Shown: positions 56,299-60,616 of the stretch, in pieces
How the letters are laid out: every line of letters begins with the position of its first letter
Position numbering within the stretch: the first letter of the stretch is position 1
Source of the DNA: a virus
Taxonomy: Duplodnaviria > Caudoviricetes
Length of the DNA stretch: 60,616 nucleotides
Reading direction: 5' to 3' (one strand)
IMG/VR virus record: IMGVR_UViG_3300017751_000016
Coordinates: 1 to 60,616 of that record
Notes under the pieces: model-generated
Database searches by the model: none
The model's input: the letters and a program-made list of their open reading frames with translations, nothing else
What the model was told of the DNA's origin: nothing
Program-made: the position numbers and the translations under genes

Positions 56299-56688
56299 AT
56301 GGCAGCAGTAACTACTGTTCTAAAGCTTACACAAGTTCAGGGTGTTGTAAAAGTACACGGCGAGAACAGCGACTCTGCCACTATCGCTTTAGCAACTACT
56401 TTAAAAAAGAACACCGAAACACAGTCATCACCTGAAGTAAATATTAAAAGAATTTACTGGTCTTGTGATAAAAATTCAGACATTACTATCACAAGAAACA
56501 GTGTAATACTATATCACTTTCATGATGCAGGCGAGCTTGATTTTAATGGCTTTTCTGACATTCAAGAAAATGGATCTGATATGGTAATAAATTTTAATAA
56601 TGGTTATGGTACCATTATTATTGATGTTGCTAAAGTAGCTGGCTACGGTCCACAACAGCATCAAGGCGCTGACGGAGACTTAGGATAA
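56299..56688 (+). CDS. Hypothetical head-associated protein
   Basis: 129-aa beta-rich ORF with GGAG RBS, coupled to gp21. Confidence 0.6.
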   Translation: MAAVTTVLKLTQVQGVVKVHGENSDSATIALATTLKKNTETQSSPEVNIKRIYWSCDKNSDITITRNSVILYHFHDAGELDFNGFSDIQENGSDMVINFNNGYGTIIIDVAKVAGYGPQQHQGADGDLG

Positions 56689-57347
56689 TGAAACTAATTA
56701 AAGAAGTAACAGAAGAGATTAGATATATCTCTGAGTTAAACGAAGAGACTGGTAAGAAGTCACACTTTATCGAAGGTGTATTTCTACAGTCTAATCTTAA
56801 AAATCGTAACGGCCGGATGTATCACAAAGAAGTGATGCAGAAAGAAGTTGCTCGTTACACTGCGGAATCTATTGACAAGAAAAGAGCATACGGCGAGCTA
56901 GGACATCCAGATGGTCCTACAGTAAACCTTGATCGTGTCTCTCATATGATTGTTGGTCTTAAAGAAGATGGTGACAACTATATCGGTAGAGCAAAGATTC
57001 TAGATACACCTATGGGTCGTATTGTTAAAGAACTTATTGGCGAGGGTGCAAGCTTAGGTGTAAGCTCTCGTGGATTGGTTTCACTCAAAGAAAGAAACGG
57101 TGTCAATGAAGTGCAAGAAGATTTCATGTTAGCTACTGCTGCTGATATTGTTGCCGACCCTTCTGCTCCCGATGCGTATGTACAAGGCATTATGGAGAAC
57201 AAAGAGTGGACATGCGTGAACGGAATTTGGCAAGAGAAAGAACTTGATGAAGCAAAGAGTATGATTCGTGCTGCCTCTTCGAAAGAACTAGAAGCAGTTA
57301 AGCTACAAGTTTTTGAAAACTTTCTTTCAAAACTGTCTAAAATTTAA
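56688..57347 (+). CDS. gp21: Prohead protease gp21
   Basis: IEG.FLQ...KNRNGR.Y, GELGHP.GPTVNLDRVSH, ILDTPMG, GVSSRG, DIVADPSAPDA.V.GIME. Confidence 0.97.
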   Translation: MKLIKEVTEEIRYISELNEETGKKSHFIEGVFLQSNLKNRNGRMYHKEVMQKEVARYTAESIDKKRAYGELGHPDGPTVNLDRVSHMIVGLKEDGDNYIGRAKILDTPMGRIVKELIGEGASLGVSSRGLVSLKERNGVNEVQEDFMLATAADIVADPSAPDAYVQGIMENKEWTCVNGIWQEKELDEAKSMIRAASSKELEAVKLQVFENFLSKLSKI

Positions 57348-57351
57348 CTTT

Positions 57352-57359
57352 TATAAATA
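57352..57359 (+). promoter_or_regulatory. T4-type late promoter for gp22
   Basis: TATAAATA. Confidence 0.8.
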
Positions 57360-57398
57360 TACATTAGCACATAGTAAAAACCGAATAGGAGAAACAAC

Positions 57399-58559
57399 AT
57401 GGGTGTAGAAAACAAGATCCGAGAGCTTATGGAGGGCGCAGCAAATCGTCCTAAAGATAAGCAACAAGGTGATGCTTCTAATCCTACACAAGGCGATTCA
57501 AACGCAAATCCTGAAATGCAAGACCTTAGTGGTACTGGCAATGCAGAAGGCGGATTGACTTCACCTGTGGGTAAAGCGGCATCAGCAAAAGAAGGTAAAG
57601 ATACTACTTTACCTAAAGGCGCAGGAGCAGGTAAAGCACCTAACTTTGACGCCAAAGAAGATCCAAGATCCGTAGTTATGCAAAAATCATCTGCTGGTGT
57701 TCGTGAAGACGTTGACACTGACGAAGATGAAGTTATTGCTGAAGACGAAGTTGTAACTGACGAAGTTATTGCTGAAGACGAAGTTGTTGCTGAAGACGCA
57801 GAAGAGATTGCTGAGGAAGAAGTATCAGTAGAAGAGAATGCTTTGTTCGAAGCCGATCTTAAAGCTCTATTTGCAGACGAAGAGCATCTCACAGAAGAAT
57901 TTAAAGTAAGAGCAGCCGAAGTATTCGAAGCTGTTGTTACGTCTAGAGTTAGTGCTGAAATTGCAAGCATTGAAGAAGAACTTACTGAGGCAGCAAATGT
58001 TGAATTTGAGTCACAGTTAGAGCAAATGGTGGAAAATGTTGACAAGTATCTTTCTTATGTCACTGAAAACTGGATGGCGCAGAACGAAATTGCTATCGAG
58101 AACGGTGTTCGTACTGAGGTTACTGAGTCTTTCATCAAGGGACTACAGCAAGTATTCTCTGAGCATTACATCGAAGTACCAGAAGAGAAGTATGATGTAA
58201 TGGCTGAGATGCAAACAAAAATTGATAGCCTAACTGCTACACTTGACGAAGAGATTCAGTCTAAGATGGCGATTCAGGAAGAGTCAATCACTTTGAAGAA
58301 GCAAGCTGTATTCACTAAACTCTCAGAAGGCCTAGCGTCAACTGAAGCAGAAAAATTTGCGACATTAGTCGAAGACATTACTTACACAGGTATGGATTCA
58401 TATGAGCAAAAACTTCAGGTAGTCAAAGAAAACTATTTCCCATCTGAGAAAGTAGTTTCTGAGTCTGTACTTGAGGACACATTTGAAGGTAGTGATGAGA
58501 TAACCAACAATGTTATGTCTAAGTACACTCAAGCAATTTCAAAATCAACTAAGTTCTAA
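57399..58559 (+). CDS. gp22: Prohead core scaffold protein gp22
   Basis: L.EEFK..A..VFEA.V, VD.YL.YV.E.W...NE.A.E.G.R.E..ESF..GL..VF.EHYI.VPEEK.DV; acidic EDEV.A repeats at ~57720-57800. Confidence 0.95.
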   Translation: MGVENKIRELMEGAANRPKDKQQGDASNPTQGDSNANPEMQDLSGTGNAEGGLTSPVGKAASAKEGKDTTLPKGAGAGKAPNFDAKEDPRSVVMQKSSAGVREDVDTDEDEVIAEDEVVTDEVIAEDEVVAEDAEEIAEEEVSVEENALFEADLKALFADEEHLTEEFKVRAAEVFEAVVTSRVSAEIASIEEELTEAANVEFESQLEQMVENVDKYLSYVTENWMAQNEIAIENGVRTEVTESFIKGLQQVFSEHYIEVPEEKYDVMAEMQTKIDSLTATLDEEIQSKMAIQEESITLKKQAVFTKLSEGLASTEAEKFATLVEDITYTGMDSYEQKLQVVKENYFPSEKVVSESVLEDTFEGSDEITNNVMSKYTQAISKSTKF

Positions 58560-58571
58560 AATTAATTTTTT

Positions 58572-58579
58572 TATAAATA
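58572..58579 (+). promoter_or_regulatory. T4-type late promoter for gp23
   Basis: TATAAATA. Confidence 0.85.
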
Positions 58580-58620
58580 GTACTGTTAATAAAACAAAAC
58601 TGAAAACCAAGGAGACTTAA

Positions 58621-59883
58621 ATGTATCTTTCAGAGCAAATTGAAAGCAAGTGGGCACCAGTCCTCGAACATGCTGATCTGACACCTATCGCAGATCCGTA
58701 TAAGAAGGCTGTAACTGCTGTTATTCTAGAAAACCAAGAAAAAGCCCTTCGTGAAGAGAAGGGTATCATGGAAGCAACTCATACTAACGCCACTGGCGCT
58801 AGTGTTGACAACTATGACCCAATCCTAATCAGCCTTGTTAGACGAGCTTTGCCTAACTTGATGGCTTATGACGTTGCTGGTGTTCAGCCAATGACTGGTC
58901 CTACTGGTTTGATCTTCGCTATGAAGTCACACTACACTAGCCAGACTGGTACTGAAGCACTCTTCAACGAAGCTGACACTGACTTCTCTGGTGCTGGTAC
59001 TCACGCAGGTTCTAACCCTGTTGACGGTTCTTACACTACTGGTAACGGTGTATCTACTTCTACTGCTGAAGGCTTCGGCGATTCAACTACTTTGAACGAG
59101 ATGGCTTTCTCAATCGAGAAGACTACTGTTACAGCTAAGTCTCGTGCATTGAAAGCTGAGTACACTGTAGAACTCGCACAAGACCTCAAAGCAATCCACG
59201 GTCTTGACGCTGAGTCAGAGCTTTCTAACATTCTTTCACAAGAAATTCTTGCTGAAATTAACCGTGAAGTTATCCGTACTATCTACAAGGTAGCTAAGCC
59301 GGGTTCTGCTTCAACTGCTACTCCTGGTACTTTCGACCTTGACGTTGACTCAAACGGTCGTTGGTCAGTAGAGCGTTTCAAAGGTCTCTTGTTCAACATC
59401 GAGCGTGATGCTAACGTGATTGCACAAGATACTCGTAGAGGCAAAGGTAACTTCATCATCTGTTCATCAGACGTTGCAAGTGCCCTCGCAATGGCTGGCG
59501 TACTTGATTACACGCCTGCTCTTTCTACTAACTTGAATGTTGACGATACTGGTAACACTTTCGCTGGTGTTCTTAACGGTCGTTACAAAGTTTACATCGA
59601 TCCATACAGTGCTAACACTGGTGCTGCATCGCAGTTCTACGTTGCTGGCTACAAAGGTACTTCACCTTATGACGCTGGTCTCTTCTACTGCCCATACGTT
59701 CCATTACAAATGGTTCGTGCGATTGACCCTAACACCTTCCAGCCTAAAATCGGCTTTAAGACTCGTTACGGCATGGTTGCTAACCCATACGTTACACAAG
59801 CTGATGGTACTACTGACGCAGATACATTTACTGCTGATCGTAACCAGTACTACCGTGCTGTTAAGGTTTCAAACCTTATGTAA
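58621..59883 (+). CDS. gp23: Major capsid protein gp23
   Basis: KW.PVL.H, DPILISLVRRA.PNL.AYD..GVQPMTGPTGLIFAM, AEYT.ELAQDLKAIHGLDAE.EL.NIL, YCPYVPLQMVRA, FQPKIGFKTRYG. Confidence 0.99.
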   Translation: MYLSEQIESKWAPVLEHADLTPIADPYKKAVTAVILENQEKALREEKGIMEATHTNATGASVDNYDPILISLVRRALPNLMAYDVAGVQPMTGPTGLIFAMKSHYTSQTGTEALFNEADTDFSGAGTHAGSNPVDGSYTTGNGVSTSTAEGFGDSTTLNEMAFSIEKTTVTAKSRALKAEYTVELAQDLKAIHGLDAESELSNILSQEILAEINREVIRTIYKVAKPGSASTATPGTFDLDVDSNGRWSVERFKGLLFNIERDANVIAQDTRRGKGNFIICSSDVASALAMAGVLDYTPALSTNLNVDDTGNTFAGVLNGRYKVYIDPYSANTGAASQFYVAGYKGTSPYDAGLFYCPYVPLQMVRAIDPNTFQPKIGFKTRYGMVANPYVTQADGTTDADTFTADRNQYYRAVKVSNLM

Positions 59884-59915
59884 GATAAAAAGAATTGCGT
59901 TAAGCAATCATTTTG

Positions 59916-59943
59916 AAAGGGCTCTTCGGAGCCCTTTTTTTTT
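59916..59943 (+). terminator. Intrinsic terminator after gp23 with cUUCGg tetraloop
   Basis: AAAGGGCTC-TTCG-GAGCCCTTTTTTTTT. Confidence 0.92.
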
Positions 59944-59988
59944 GTCTGTAATTTTATATTACAATCTAGCAATGTGTTTTTTTCTTAT

Positions 59989-59996
59989 TATAAATA
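59989..59996 (+). promoter_or_regulatory. T4-type late promoter upstream of the cytochrome-c gene
   Basis: TATAAATA about 40 bp before ATG 60033. Confidence 0.7.
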
Positions 59997-60032
59997 GTCA
60001 TGAAACACATTATATTTAAATAGAGGTGTATT

Positions 60033-60616
60033 ATGAAATCAATTATCGGAACAGTACTAGTAGCACCAGCACTATTGCTTATGCTTTCTACTACAGCATC
60101 ACGGCCAGTAATGGCACAAACATATACAGAAAAAGTTGCTGACATTATCAACAACAATTGCGTAGTCTGTCACAGAGAAGGTGGCATTGGGCCAATGAGC
60201 TTTGAGACTTACGAGCAAGTCAGACCATGGGCACCACTTATCTCGCTCAAAGTAGCAACACGAGAAATGCCTCCATACGCATACGATCATGGCATCGGCA
60301 TTCAAAGTTTACAAGGCGATTGGCGTCTATCGCAAAACGATATTGATACCGTAGTCGCTTGGGTAAACGGTGGTTCACTATACGGCGATCCAGATACGAT
60401 GGTGCAAGCACCACCTCTTAGAGATCCAGAAGCATGGAATTTCGAAGCCGACTTTGGCGCACCTGATGCAATCATTCCTTCAGTAGCAATTGATATTCCT
60501 GCGAACGGTAATGATTTGTGGCACAAACATTTAGTACCTACAGGTCTTACTGAAGATCGTTGTATTAAAGCAGTACAAGTTAAGCCTCGTGGCAATGCAA
60601 AGGCAGTAGTGCATCA
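60033..60616 (+). CDS. Secreted c-type cytochrome domain protein, likely fused to a copper type II monooxygenase-like domain (3' truncated by window)
   Basis: Hand-translated MKSIIGTVLVAPALLLMLSTTASRPVMAQTYTEKVADIINNNCVVCHREGGIGPMSF..Y..VRPWA..I...V..REMPP...DWRLS..DI.TVVAWV..G...AVVH; GAGG RBS, signal peptide, CxxCH; absent from the track because no stop lies inside the window. Confidence 0.82.
   Translation, partial: MKSIIGTVLVAPALLLMLSTTASRPVMAQTYTEKVADIINNNCVVCHREGGIGPMSFETYEQVRPWAPLISLKVATREMPPYAYDHGIGIQSLQGDWRLSQNDIDTVVAWVNGGSLYGDPDTMVQAPPLRDPEAWNFEADFGAPDAIIPSVAIDIPANGNDLWHKHLVPTGLTEDRCIKAVQVKPRGNAKAVVH

Noticed and set aside
57344-58045. 233-aa Ser-rich antisense ORF
   Set aside because: Mirror of Glu-rich gp22 (GAA read as TTC/TCT on the reverse strand); no independent support
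50109-59883. Introns, inteins or homing endonucleases in gp17-gp23
   Set aside because: The genes are continuous and of normal length; no LAGLIDADG, HNH, GIY-YIG or intein motifs seen
1-60616. Prophage or mobile-element boundaries
   Set aside because: No integrase, transposase or att-like repeats; gene content is that of a lytic T4-like phage throughout

Overview
A 60.6-kb, AT-rich (roughly 35-40% GC by eye) segment of a large T4-like myovirus, with the gene order seen in marine T4-like phages. It is mostly the virion module: gp33-gp59-gp32, then baseplate/tail genes (gp29-like, gp51, gp26, gp54, gp2, gp4, gp48, gp53, hub, gp5, gp25, gp6, gp7-like, gp8, a 2401-aa VrlC/DUF4815-like protein), fibre genes, and gp13-gp23, driven by many T4 late promoters (TATAAATA). 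The ORF track misses several elements: a tmRNA coding piece (tag AANDDYYEGLRLAA) preceded by a tRNA-like element, a 23-aa PqqA precursor peptide, the true gp51 frame, and a 3'-truncated secreted CxxCH cytochrome-c protein after gp23. The gp51 frame joins gp26 through a -1 slippery heptamer just upstream of the tape-measure-like gene. The most striking accessory content is two parallel modules, each consisting of an anchor protein, a Tyr-rich repeat virion protein and modifying enzymes. Module 1 couples a Pro-rich YNAPTPG-repeat protein to a prolyl-hydroxylase-like 2OG-Fe(II) oxygenase and a Skp1/Gnt1-type hydroxyproline GlcNAc-transferase. Module 2 couples a YxG-repeat protein to an adenylating enzyme, five glycosyltransferases, a cupin-type oxygenase and a methyltransferase-like protein. 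Together they suggest phage-encoded virion protein hydroxylation and glycosylation. All product calls come from motif recognition and synteny, not from database searches.
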